Shown here one piece after another: positions 31,417-40,812 of a stretch of 64,000 nt of DNA. The position numbers and the translations under genes are program-made. The stretch is from positions 69,372-133,371 of the forward strand of contig JAYKGS010000098.1 of the NCBI GenBank assembly GCA_035284945.1, read 5' to 3'. The DNA is from Synechococcus sp. Lineage in GTDB: Bacteria > Cyanobacteriota > Cyanobacteriia > PCC-6307 > Cyanobiaceae. Below the pieces are notes generated by a model that was not told the origin of the DNA, searched no databases, and worked only from the letters and a program-made list of their open reading frames with translations. Within the stretch, counting starts at the first letter, position 1, and every line of letters begins with the position of its first letter.

Positions 31417-31796
31417 CAGCTTGCCAATCCCAGCCTGGACGCAATAGGGGTCTTACCAAATTTGCAACCGCGACAGCCGATATCGCGCCGCCAGGGCGAC
31501 CCGGGCAATCACCCTTCTCGCTGGAGGTAAGTGAGACGCGTCAATAGACCTAAGTCACGACACAAACTGGCGCAGTGAGAAATCCGATTTCAGCTTATCT
31601 ATAAAATCTCATCTCGGTCCCTAATTGCGTCTCGGCCTGGGTCTAGCCCAGGATTATTGGGTTCTGCGCCTGAGGATTTGATGATTTGATTGAGCAAGCA
31701 GTGAATGCAGATCATCTGACTTGACCTGGAGCTGGCTGCCAGAAATAAGAAAAATCGGTGGTTTCATTTCCCCTGCCATCTCTTTTACCCATCACC

Positions 31797-32159
31797 ATGA
31801 ACAAGCCTGCACAAGGAGGAGTCCAAGGCGGTCTGGACGGCGGTCCAGAGAAATTTCACCAGCTTAAATGCATTGCATCAACTGGAGTTCTGAATTTGCG
31901 TACCTGTGTCCAACACAGGTACGCAGCCAAGCCTTTCCCAAGAGTGGATCAGGCAGGCAGGCGATACGGATCAATCAGAGCTGGATCAATCCGGGTCGGA
32001 TCAATCCGGTTTGGATCAATTCGAATCGGGCATGACGAAACAGTTGTCCCAGCAAAGACTTATTCTGGGTCCCATAAAAAGACCCAGACGAGACCTTTGT
32101 CCATCTGGGCAAGAAGTGAGGATGGACTGCGATTCAGGTGCTGGTCTGCATTCCCTTGA
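31797..32159 (+). CDS. Possible orphan ORF with GSIRx repeats (doubtful)
   Basis: ATG after a pyrimidine-rich leader in an otherwise empty 0.7-kb gap; no recognisable motif. Confidence 0.25.
   Translation: MNKPAQGGVQGGLDGGPEKFHQLKCIASTGVLNLRTCVQHRYAAKPFPRVDQAGRRYGSIRAGSIRVGSIRFGSIRIGHDETVVPAKTYSGSHKKTQTRPLSIWARSEDGLRFRCWSAFP
31968..32027. repeat. Four tandem 15-bp units starting GGATCAAT
   Basis: GGATCAATCAGAGCT / GGATCAATCCGGGTC / GGATCAATCCGGTTT / GGATCAATTCGAATC. Confidence 0.9.
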
Positions 32160-32628
32160 TCAGAAAGTCGAAATAGGGACCAGCCAAGGCAGCCTGTTCT
32201 GCACTGAGCAGGGAAATGGCCGCATCCTTCATGGTTCGCATCGCCTCAACCATGCCCGGCATCGGCACTCCCAAGCTGTTGTACATCTCGCGGGCACCCA
32301 CCACACCGATCTGCTGAATCATCTCGGTGCTGCCGGCGAGCACGCCGTAGGTGACCAGCCGCAAATACCAGCTGTAATCCCGCAGGCACTGCGCCCTTTG
32401 CTTCTGACCATAGGCATTTCCTCCGGGGGCCACGTATTCAGGCTTGCGTTGGAAGAGCTGGCGTGCAGCCTCATCCACAATTTTCTTTTCGTTGTCTGTC
32501 AACAACCTCACCACCGTGAGCCTCTCGGCGCCCCGGTTGAGGTACTCCACCATCGATCTCAGCTCACCGCCACTGGGATAGCGCAGCTGATCATCTGCCT
32601 GGAGGATCAGATCCCGAACGACGCTCAT
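32134..32628 (-). CDS. apcD: Allophycocyanin alpha-B subunit
   Basis: MSVVRDLILQADDQLRYPSGGEL, PGGNAYG, QCLRDYSWYLRLVTYG (chromophore Cys), EMYNSLGVP. Confidence 0.95.
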   Translation of the reverse strand: MSVVRDLILQADDQLRYPSGGELRSMVEYLNRGAERLTVVRLLTDNEKKIVDEAARQLFQRKPEYVAPGGNAYGQKQRAQCLRDYSWYLRLVTYGVLAGSTEMIQQIGVVGAREMYNSLGVPMPGMVEAMRTMKDAAISLLSAEQAALAGPYFDFLIKGMQTST

Positions 32629-32721
32629 TGCAGCGACCACGTGCAGTTTTCACTGTATCGACTCAGCAGCGCCAGAAAGCCTCGGCATGCAAAGGTGTAA
32701 CTCCCCTTCGCACGACGTAGG

Positions 32722-34101
32722 GTGATGGATTGGTCTGCCCGCTTGGAACGCCTCACCACCGGCCAAACCTTGGCAGTAAAGATCACCGGCCTCTCCCATG
32801 ATGGCCAGGGAGTGGCCCGACTTGACGATCAGGTCGTTTTTGTGGTGGGTGCCCTGCCGGGTGAGCTGGTTCAGGTGCGGCTCACCCATCGGGCCAGGAG
32901 CCACTGGCTCGCAGACCTCGAGGATATCAAGACCGCTGCGCCAGAACGGCAACACCCACCCTGCATCCTTTCCGACAACTGCGGCAGTTGCAGCCTGCAG
33001 CACTTGGAGGATCGAAGTCAACAGCACTGGAAGCACCAGAAGGTTGTGGATGCCATGCGGCGCATCGCCCACCTGGATAAGCCCGTGGCCCCGCTGCTGG
33101 CCTCGGCTGAGGGCCTCGGTTATCGAAATCGAGCGATCATCCCGCTGGAGCGCTGCAAAGAGGGCCGACTGCGGGCGGGTTACTACCGCCGGGGGAGTCA
33201 CGACATCGTCAACATGAATCACTGCCCCGTTCTGGATCCACGCCTGGATGGCCTGATAGCCCCACTCAAGGCAGACCTGGAGAAGAGTGACTGGCCCATT
33301 GACCGGGATTGCCGCAAGGGGGGTGGGCTACGCCACCTGGCACTTCGCATCGGACACCACAGCGGCGAGCAGCTGATCACCCTTGTGAGCAGTCACGCCG
33401 AGCTTGATGGGCTGGAGCTCCTCGCAGATGAATGGATGGGTCGCTGGCCAGAGCTGGTGGGGGTATGCCTGAACCTCCAGCCCGAGGCCACCAACACTTT
33501 GATGGGAGCTGAGACCAGGGTGGTCGCAGGAAGGGGTTGGCTGGAGGAACGGTTCTGCAATCTCAGGTTGCGGATTGGATCGGACACCTTTTTTCAGGTG
33601 CATACCCAGCAGGCGGAACAGGTGTTGACACCGCTGCTGGCTGCCCTGGCCGAAATACCAACCGGAGTAATGGTCGACGCCTACTGCGGTATTGGCACCT
33701 ACAGCCTGCCAGTGGCGGCCGCAGGATGGCGAGTGCACGGTATAGAGCTCAGCCAGGAGGCTGTTAAGCAGGCAAGGACCAATGCCAGGGCAAATGGCCT
33801 GGAAGGGCGGGCTTCCTTTGAAACCGGTGGGGTGGCGCTATGTCTGGCCGGGCATCTGGGCAACTGCGACGCCCTCTTCCTTGACCCCCCCCGGAAGGGA
33901 CTGGAGCCAATGACGCTTGAAGTGATCAGGAAACATCCTCCTGCAAGCCTCATCTATCTCAGCTGTGATCCCGCCACCATGGCCCGCGACCTGGGCCAGC
34001 TCCTACTCGGGGAGCTCTACCAGTTGCAGTTGCTGCAGCCATTCGATTTCTTCCCCCAGACGAGCCACGTAGAAACCCTGGCCGTGCTGAAACGCTGCTG
34101 A
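32722..34101 (+). CDS. rlmD: 23S rRNA (uracil-1939-C5)-methyltransferase
   Basis: TRAM N-terminus, C.....CGSC.LQH, FFQV, DAYCGIG, LDPPRKG, YLSCDPAT, FFPQTSHVE. Confidence 0.95.
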   Translation: MMDWSARLERLTTGQTLAVKITGLSHDGQGVARLDDQVVFVVGALPGELVQVRLTHRARSHWLADLEDIKTAAPERQHPPCILSDNCGSCSLQHLEDRSQQHWKHQKVVDAMRRIAHLDKPVAPLLASAEGLGYRNRAIIPLERCKEGRLRAGYYRRGSHDIVNMNHCPVLDPRLDGLIAPLKADLEKSDWPIDRDCRKGGGLRHLALRIGHHSGEQLITLVSSHAELDGLELLADEWMGRWPELVGVCLNLQPEATNTLMGAETRVVAGRGWLEERFCNLRLRIGSDTFFQVHTQQAEQVLTPLLAALAEIPTGVMVDAYCGIGTYSLPVAAAGWRVHGIELSQEAVKQARTNARANGLEGRASFETGGVALCLAGHLGNCDALFLDPPRKGLEPMTLEVIRKHPPASLIYLSCDPATMARDLGQLLLGELYQLQLLQPFDFFPQTSHVETLAVLKRC

Positions 34102-34109
34102 GGCGATCA

Positions 34110-36560
34110 TCAGCGGCGCAACTGGGCGCCGAACTCTTTTTCAAGGGCTGTCTGAATACGGGAATGGGCGAGGTCCACCTCCTCATCGGTGAGGGTGCGC
34201 CTGAGATCGCGGTAGCGCAGCCGAAATGCCTGGCTGCATTGACCCCTATCCAACTGTTCGCCCACATATCGGTCAACCAGTTCAGCTTGCTCAAGCAGGG
34301 GTTTGCCCGCTTTGCGGATCAGCTTGAGCAGGTCACCTGCCCAGAGGTCGGCCGAAACCACTACCGCCAGATCCCGCTCTGATGCAGGCACCGTAGGGAA
34401 GGGGGCGAAGGCGGGCTGCCAGCGGTTACGCCGGATGGCTGCAGTCAGCAAGCCCTCCAGTTCCAACTCGAATACGAAGGTGCATTGCGGCAGATCCCAT
34501 TCCCCAGCCCGCTCGGGGTGCAGCTGCCCGAACCAGCCGCTCGGTCGCCCCTCGATGAACAGCTGGGCGGCCCGGCCTGGATGGAGCAGGGGATGGTCAA
34601 AGAGGGGGCGATCTTCCGTGGGAATCGCCAGGGCTCCAAGGGCCTGCTGCAGCACCCCCCTGGCCTGGTAGTAGGTCGGCGGCTGGGGTTTGGCACTGGT
34701 GCTCCAGCGCTCAGAACGACGTTCACCACTGATCACCCCAGCCAGCAACTGGCGGGCAGCTTGATTTGCTTCGGAGTGGAAGACCTGGCCGATCTCAAAG
34801 GCCCAGAAGCCGGATTGACCGCATTGCCGGTTGCGCCGTGCAGCGGCAAGCAGCTCCTCATGCAGATTGTCGCGAAGATGCCCGTAATCGGCCAATAGAG
34901 GATTGGCAAGGGGGATACGGTCAGGGGCAGCGGCAACCAGGGAAAGACTGCAGGTCTCCTGCAGGCCTGCAGCGGCCAGATTCCGTCTGAGCCTCGATTC
35001 CGCCTGCTGGGTGGGGTCCAGCCCACCGGGTTCGAGCGGATCGGGCAGGTGGCAGGCAAATTGGTCGTAGCCGACCAGGCGAGCCACTTCCTCTATCAGA
35101 TCCACCTCTCTTTGGAGATCAATCGAACGCGATGGGGGCACGAGCACCTGCCAGCCTTCGCCGTGTTCGAGCTCCTCCAGGGTGCAGCCCAGGGCGCAGA
35201 GCGTCGAAAAGATGCGACTATCACTCAGCTCGGCCCACTCCCCGTCTTGCTGCACCGGTCCCAGCAGGTTGTGGAGCGCATCCCGACGCAGCTTGATGGG
35301 TAGGGCGGGAGGCTCAGGCCTCTGGTGGAGCCAGCGACAGGTGACCTGGGCGCCGCAGAGTTCCTGCAACAGGGCCACGGCGCGATCGGCAGCCGGCAGG
35401 GTGTTTTCAGGTGGCAGGCCTTTCTCAAAGCGGATGCTCGCCTCGGTGCGAAGCCCCACGCTCCTGGCAGAGCGTCGCACGGCCTGGGGAGCAAAGACGG
35501 CTGCCTCCAGCCAGATGGACGTGGTGTCGGAATGGACAGCTGATCCAGCAGCGCCCATTACGCCGGCCAAGGCGATCGGCTGGTCCCGGTAGGTCACCAC
35601 CAGGGCCTCACTGCCTAGCTGGTGCGGGGTGCCATCCAATCCGGTGAAAGACTCGCGGCTGTGGGCTGGGCGCAAACCGATTTGCTCCACCTGTGGATCC
35701 CCTGGCCCGGCCGTGGAGTCAAGCCTCTGGCTGTCAAAGGCATGCAGGGGTTGGCCGGTTTCCAGCATCACCAGGTTGGTGATGTCAACCACATTGTTGA
35801 TGGGGCGCAGACCGGCTTTCTCGAGCCGATGCCTGAGCCATGGCGGCGACGGGGCGACTGTCAGGGAGTTAAGCCCGGTAATGCTGAACAGGCCTCCCCC
35901 CTCCATGGCGGTTCTGGCCGGTTCCACAACGGGGAGAGGGAGGCTGGAGATGGAAAGGGGAGGGGAGCCGAGCGTGGCATGGCCCCCCACCAGAGCTGCC
36001 ACCTCCCTTGCAATGCCGTGCATCGACAGTCCGTCGGGCCTGTTGGCTGTAATCGCCAGCTCCAGGACCTGATCGTCCAGGCCCAGGCTTGGTCCCACAG
36101 GGGTGCCCAAGGGAGGCAGTTCTCCGAGCAGATCATCGAGCACCGCGATGCCATCGGATGGGTCCTCAAGCCCTAGCTCGGCCAGGGAGCAGATCATGCC
36201 GCTGCTGGCCACACCGCGAAGCTCGGCAGCTTTGATCGTCAGCTTGACTGCAGGCAGGCTTGTTCCGACGAGGGCAACGGGCACATGGATTCCTGAGCGC
36301 ACGTTGGCAGCACCGCAGACGATCTGGAGGGGTTCGATGGAACCCACATCCACCTTGCAGACGCTGAGCTTGTCAGCGTTGGGATGGGGCTGGCGATCGC
36401 GCACATAACCCACCACCACCCCCTGGGCACGGGCACCCAGATCTTCGATGGCTTCCACCTCAAAGCCAGCCAGGGAGAGCCGCTCGGCCAGGGCAGCGGC
36501 GTCGAGGAACTGGCTAGGGGCGCTCACCAGCTCCTGCAGCCACTGGAGCGAGACGCGCAT
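34110..36560 (-). CDS. pheT: Phenylalanine-tRNA ligase beta subunit
   Basis: HPNADKL, IVCGAANV, SSGMICS, ITANRPD, GQPLHAFD, DLIEEVARL, LHPGR, RTLTDEEV. Confidence 0.97.
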   Translation of the reverse strand: MRVSLQWLQELVSAPSQFLDAAALAERLSLAGFEVEAIEDLGARAQGVVVGYVRDRQPHPNADKLSVCKVDVGSIEPLQIVCGAANVRSGIHVPVALVGTSLPAVKLTIKAAELRGVASSGMICSLAELGLEDPSDGIAVLDDLLGELPPLGTPVGPSLGLDDQVLELAITANRPDGLSMHGIAREVAALVGGHATLGSPPLSISSLPLPVVEPARTAMEGGGLFSITGLNSLTVAPSPPWLRHRLEKAGLRPINNVVDITNLVMLETGQPLHAFDSQRLDSTAGPGDPQVEQIGLRPAHSRESFTGLDGTPHQLGSEALVVTYRDQPIALAGVMGAAGSAVHSDTTSIWLEAAVFAPQAVRRSARSVGLRTEASIRFEKGLPPENTLPAADRAVALLQELCGAQVTCRWLHQRPEPPALPIKLRRDALHNLLGPVQQDGEWAELSDSRIFSTLCALGCTLEELEHGEGWQVLVPPSRSIDLQREVDLIEEVARLVGYDQFACHLPDPLEPGGLDPTQQAESRLRRNLAAAGLQETCSLSLVAAAPDRIPLANPLLADYGHLRDNLHEELLAAARRNRQCGQSGFWAFEIGQVFHSEANQAARQLLAGVISGERRSERWSTSAKPQPPTYYQARGVLQQALGALAIPTEDRPLFDHPLLHPGRAAQLFIEGRPSGWFGQLHPERAGEWDLPQCTFVFELELEGLLTAAIRRNRWQPAFAPFPTVPASERDLAVVVSADLWAGDLLKLIRKAGKPLLEQAELVDRYVGEQLDRGQCSQAFRLRYRDLRRTLTDEEVDLAHSRIQTALEKEFGAQLRR

Positions 36561-36672
36561 CAAGCAAATGCATCAATGGAGCAGATCCTAGTGATCGGTC
36601 GGGAGGGGATTCCGGCAGGAAGGTAGGGTGGAAGCTGTTTTTCCGCATCGCATCAGCGGCGCAACGTCCTTC

Positions 36673-36867
36673 ATGGCTAAAAACAAGGGCGTCCGGCTCG
36701 TGATCACACTTGAGTGCACCGAATGCCGGTCCAACCCCGCCAAGCGTTCTCCGGGTGTCTCCCGCTACACCACCGAAAAGAACCGACGCAACACCACTGA
36801 ACGGCTGGAACTGAAGAAGTTCTGCACCCACTGCAACGCCTCCACCGTGCACAAGGAAATCAAGTGA
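36673..36867 (+). CDS. rpmG: 50S ribosomal protein L33 (two CxxC pairs)
   Basis: [17 protein letters not shown]...[22 protein letters not shown]....HKEIK. Confidence 0.97.
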   Translation: MAKNKGVRLVITLECTECRSNPAKRSPGVSRYTTEKNRRNTTERLELKKFCTHCNASTVHKEIK

Positions 36868-36913
36868 GTGCGTGATGCACCCCTGATCCTCGTCACCCGC
36901 CGTTCTCTAAACC

Positions 36914-37135
36914 ATGTCAAGTTCCTTCTTCAAGAAGCGTCTATCTCCGATCAAACCGGGTGATCCCATCGACTACAAAGATGTGGATCTTCTCAAGAAA
37001 TTCATCACCGAAAGGGGCAAGATCCTGCCTCGCCGGCTCACAGGGCTCACCGCCAAGCAGCAGCGCGACCTCACCAATGCGGTCAAACGGGCCAGAATCG
37101 TGGCCCTGCTGCCATTCGTAAATCCAGAGGGCTGA
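36914..37135 (+). CDS. rpsR: 30S ribosomal protein S18
   Basis: [39 protein letters not shown]. Confidence 0.98.
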
Positions 37136-37139
37136 TTCG

Positions 37140-39176
37140 CTGGCCACCACAGCACTCCACGAAGGCGACCTGGTCGGCCTGCTGGAGTTGCACGGTGCCC
37201 AGCTGGCTGTGGTGGAGGGCCTGCAGGGCAGTAAGGCCCGTCTGAGGGTTGGCTTCGAGGCTAAAACCCTGCTGCTGCCGCAACGCCAGCTCGTACTGCT
37301 CTGCCCTCTCAGGGGCGCCATTACCCCACCACAGCGGATTGGGGATAAGCCCTGGTGCCTGAAGCCCGCAACCATCGACGGACTTCGTCCCGAGCGTCGC
37401 GCCTGGGGCGCAGCCTGGCTCCTGCTGCTGGAATCGGGTGAGACCGTTGATATTACTGATTTCACCGAGCTGGTGTCCGGTGGAATCGAGCCCGCCCAGG
37501 TGGCGGCCTGCTGGCTTGCCCTGGCGGGCGGCCAGAGTTGGTTTCGCCTGCGTCAGGGTCAGATTGAACCCCGCAGTGGCGTCGAGTTACGCAACCTGCG
37601 GCGCGATCGCCGGCGCAAAACCCGCATCGAGCAGCAGGAGCAGGCCTGGATGGAGCTGCTGCGCCGCCGCCAGCCGCCTGGACCGGGCCTGAATCCAGAC
37701 CATCGGCAGCGCCTGGAGCTGCTGAAACAGCTGGCCGGCGGCATGATCGAGTTCGGCGAACTGGCTGCGCCCCTGCGCCAAAGCCTGACGGCCCTTCACC
37801 TGGGCAGCGATCACGGAGCCCTGCGCCATCTGCTGGTTGAGCTTGGCCAATGGGATCCCCACCACTTGCGCGCAATGGCAGGAACCCCTTGGAGCAGCGG
37901 CTTCAGTGCTGCCCAGGAGGCCGAGGCCAGCAGATTGCTGGAACTAGACCAAACCCCCCGGCCCGGGGATGAGGTGCGCCTGGATCTGAGCGGCCAGCGC
38001 TGCGTCACCATCGACGACGATGGCACGCGGGACATCGACGACGGACTGGCCCTGGAGCGGCGGAGCGATGGCACCGTGCGTCTGTGGATCCACGTGGCCG
38101 ACCCTGACCGGCTGATCGAGGCCGGCTCGATGCTGGATCTCGAGGCACGCCGTCGCGGTAGCAGCCTCTACCTGGCCCGCGGCAACCAACCCATGTTTCC
38201 AGAGGCTCTCTCAACCGGTCCCCTGAGCCTGCGCCAGGGGTGCCGCTCAGCCGCCTGGAGCACATGGGTGGAGCTTGATGGGGACGGGGCCATCGCTGCA
38301 TACGGAATCGGGCGCAGCTGGATAAAACCCACCTTCAGGCTCAGTTACGCCGATGCCGACGAGCTGATTGAGCTGGCCCCGCCCCAGGAGCCAGACCTGG
38401 CCGATCTCGAGCAACTCCTCCAGCGGCGCCGGAACTGGCGCTTAGGCCAGGGAGCCCTGCTGCTTGACCTGCCTGAAGGGCGCATTCGCTGCCGCGACGG
38501 CAAACCGGTGCTGGAAGTGAGCGAGGTTTCTAAGGGGCGCCAGCTGGTGGCCGAGGCGATGGTGCTGGCTGGAACCGCAGCCGCCCGCTTCGGCATCGAG
38601 CATGCTCTGGCCTTGCCCTACCGCAGCCAGCCCGAGGCAGACCTGCCACCGCCCGCTGAGCTTCAGGCCCTTCCCCAGGGTGCCGTGCGCTTCGCAGCAA
38701 TCAAGCGTTGCCTCAGTCGTGGAGTGATCGGTACCAGGCCGGCTCCCCACTTCAGCCTGGGGCTGGCGGCCTATGTGCAGGCCACCTCTCCGATTCGCCG
38801 CTACAGCGATCTGGTGGTGCAGCGCCAGATCGGCGCTCAGCTCAGAGGCGGACCGGTGCTCGACGAGTCCCAGATAAAGAGTTTGATCGAGGAGTTTGAC
38901 GGCGCCGTGCGCGAAGGCATCGGCATATCCCGCGAAGATCAGCGCCACTGGCAGCAGGTGTGGTTTGAAAGCCATAAAAGTGACCAGTGGCAAGGGGAAT
39001 TTCTGCGTTGGCTGCGGCCCCAGGAGCAGCTGGGGCTGGTGCGGATTGAGGAGCTGGCAATGGATCTGGCTGCAGACTGCCCCCAGGGTGTCCAACCTGG
39101 CGCATCCCTGTTCCTGCGGGTGCAGCAGGTGGATTCGCTGCGGGATCAGCTGCGGCTGGTGGCAGCTTCGAGATAA
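37140..39176 (+). CDS. RNB-domain exoribonuclease (RNase II/R family)
   Basis: TIDDDGTRDIDDGL, IHVADP, LVAEAMVLA, HFSLGL..Y..ATSPIRRYSDL; start CTG 37140 or TTG 37188. Confidence 0.93.
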   Translation: MATTALHEGDLVGLLELHGAQLAVVEGLQGSKARLRVGFEAKTLLLPQRQLVLLCPLRGAITPPQRIGDKPWCLKPATIDGLRPERRAWGAAWLLLLESGETVDITDFTELVSGGIEPAQVAACWLALAGGQSWFRLRQGQIEPRSGVELRNLRRDRRRKTRIEQQEQAWMELLRRRQPPGPGLNPDHRQRLELLKQLAGGMIEFGELAAPLRQSLTALHLGSDHGALRHLLVELGQWDPHHLRAMAGTPWSSGFSAAQEAEASRLLELDQTPRPGDEVRLDLSGQRCVTIDDDGTRDIDDGLALERRSDGTVRLWIHVADPDRLIEAGSMLDLEARRRGSSLYLARGNQPMFPEALSTGPLSLRQGCRSAAWSTWVELDGDGAIAAYGIGRSWIKPTFRLSYADADELIELAPPQEPDLADLEQLLQRRRNWRLGQGALLLDLPEGRIRCRDGKPVLEVSEVSKGRQLVAEAMVLAGTAAARFGIEHALALPYRSQPEADLPPPAELQALPQGAVRFAAIKRCLSRGVIGTRPAPHFSLGLAAYVQATSPIRRYSDLVVQRQIGAQLRGGPVLDESQIKSLIEEFDGAVREGIGISREDQRHWQQVWFESHKSDQWQGEFLRWLRPQEQLGLVRIEELAMDLAADCPQGVQPGASLFLRVQQVDSLRDQLRLVAASR

Positions 39177-39228
39177 GCCAGGATGGGCACTCCGATTTGG
39201 TGCGACCAGGCGTGGCAGGGTGGATGGC

Positions 39229-40812
39229 ATGGCTTACACCCTCACGACCCCCCTGTACTACGTCAACGATCGCGCCCACCTAGGCAGCGCCTACACCACG
39301 TTGGCCTGCGATGCGATTGCCCGCTTTCAACGCTTGAGAGGCGAGCGGGTTGTGTTCATCACCGGCTGCGACGAACATGGCCAGAAGATCCAGCGCACCG
39401 CTGAAGCCTCCGGGCTCAGTCCCCAGGCCCACTGCGATTCGGTAAGTGCCGGCTACCGCGATCTCTGGAACCGCTGGCAGATCAGCCACGACAGCTTCAT
39501 CCGCACCACCAGCCCCCAGCATCAGCAGCTGGTGCGGCAATTCTTTGCCCGGGTGCAGGCCAGTGGCGATGTGGTGGAGGGGCGCCAGCAAGGCTGGTAC
39601 TGCGTCGCCTGTGAAGAGTTCAAGGACGACGCCCCAGGCAGCCAGGATCCGGAATGCGCCATTCACCGCAAACCCCTGGAATGGCGCGACGAAGTCAATC
39701 TCTTCTTCCGCCTGTCCCGATATCAGGCGAAGGTGGAGGCCCTTATCCAGAAGCCAGGTTTCATCCTGCCGGCGACTCGCCAGAAGGAGGTCGAAAATTT
39801 CGTTGCCCAGGGGCTGCGCGATTTCTCGATCTCCCGGCTCGACCTTCCCTGGGGGATTGCCGTGCCCGGCCACCCGGGCCACACCTTTTATGTGTGGTTT
39901 GATGCCCTGTTGGGCTATCTCACCGCCCTGCTCGAACCAGGCAAGCCCGTTCAGCTGGAGGAAGTGATCAAGCGGGGTTGGCCCGCCCAGCTACACGTGA
40001 TCGGCAAGGACATACTTCGATTCCATGCTGTGTACTGGCCCGCCATGTTGCTTTCGGCGGGACTGCCCCTCCCGGAGCGGGTTTTCGGCCACGGCTTTCT
40101 CACCCGGGAAGGCCAGAAGATGGGTAAGTCGCTGGGTAACGTGCTCGATCCGGAGGTGTTGCTTGAGCGTTGCGGCCGGGATGCGGTGCGCTGGTATCTG
40201 CTGCGAGACATTCCCTTCGGCGAAGATGGAGATTTCCAACAACAGCGTTTCGTCAACCTGGTGAACAACGACCTGGCCAACACGATCGGCAACCTGATAA
40301 ATCGCACCTCATCGATGGCAAGGCGCTGGTTTGCCGATGCGGTCCCACCCTCTGGCGCTGCCGCATCGGCCAGCCATCCTTTGGCAGTAGTCGCCCTTGA
40401 GACGGCAGCCAAAGTCAATGAAGCAATGGCAACGCTCGATTTCCGGGGGGCCTCCGAAGCGATCCTGCAGCTGGCCATATCCGCCAACGGCTATCTCAAC
40501 GACCAGGCCCCATGGCAGCGCATGAAGCTCGAAGACCAACGGGACCAGGTGGGCGCAGATCTCTACGCGGTGCTGGAAGCCAGCCGCTGGCTGGCGGTGT
40601 TGCTGGCCCCGATCTTGCCCGACCTTTCGAGCCGCATGCTTCTGCAGCTCGGGCAGGAGCCCTTCAGCAGCGGCCGGCTAAGGGAGGGCAGCCCCCCAGC
40701 GAGCCCATCCCCCTGGCTTGCAGCCCAGCAGTGGGGAGGGCTCCAGCCTGGCTTGCCCCTGCCCGAACCTGAGCCGGTCATGCGACGGCTCGATCTGGAT
40801 TCACCCCTGTGA
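39229..40812 (+). CDS. metG: Methionine-tRNA ligase
   Basis: TTPLYYVN..AHLGSAY, TGCDEHGQKI, YVWFDAL, IGKDILRFH, KMGKSLGN. Confidence 0.97.
   Translation: MAYTLTTPLYYVNDRAHLGSAYTTLACDAIARFQRLRGERVVFITGCDEHGQKIQRTAEASGLSPQAHCDSVSAGYRDLWNRWQISHDSFIRTTSPQHQQLVRQFFARVQASGDVVEGRQQGWYCVACEEFKDDAPGSQDPECAIHRKPLEWRDEVNLFFRLSRYQAKVEALIQKPGFILPATRQKEVENFVAQGLRDFSISRLDLPWGIAVPGHPGHTFYVWFDALLGYLTALLEPGKPVQLEEVIKRGWPAQLHVIGKDILRFHAVYWPAMLLSAGLPLPERVFGHGFLTREGQKMGKSLGNVLDPEVLLERCGRDAVRWYLLRDIPFGEDGDFQQQRFVNLVNNDLANTIGNLINRTSSMARRWFADAVPPSGAAASASHPLAVVALETAAKVNEAMATLDFRGASEAILQLAISANGYLNDQAPWQRMKLEDQRDQVGADLYAVLEASRWLAVLLAPILPDLSSRMLLQLGQEPFSSGRLREGSPPASPSPWLAAQQWGGLQPGLPLPEPEPVMRRLDLDSPL

Noticed and set aside
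31946-32030. Mini-CRISPR array
   Set aside because: The constant part is 8 nt and the variable part 7 nt, far below CRISPR sizes; no cas genes in the window.
31906-32700. 264-aa plus-strand ORF
   Set aside because: Most of it is antisense to the well-supported apcD and it has no recognisable motif.
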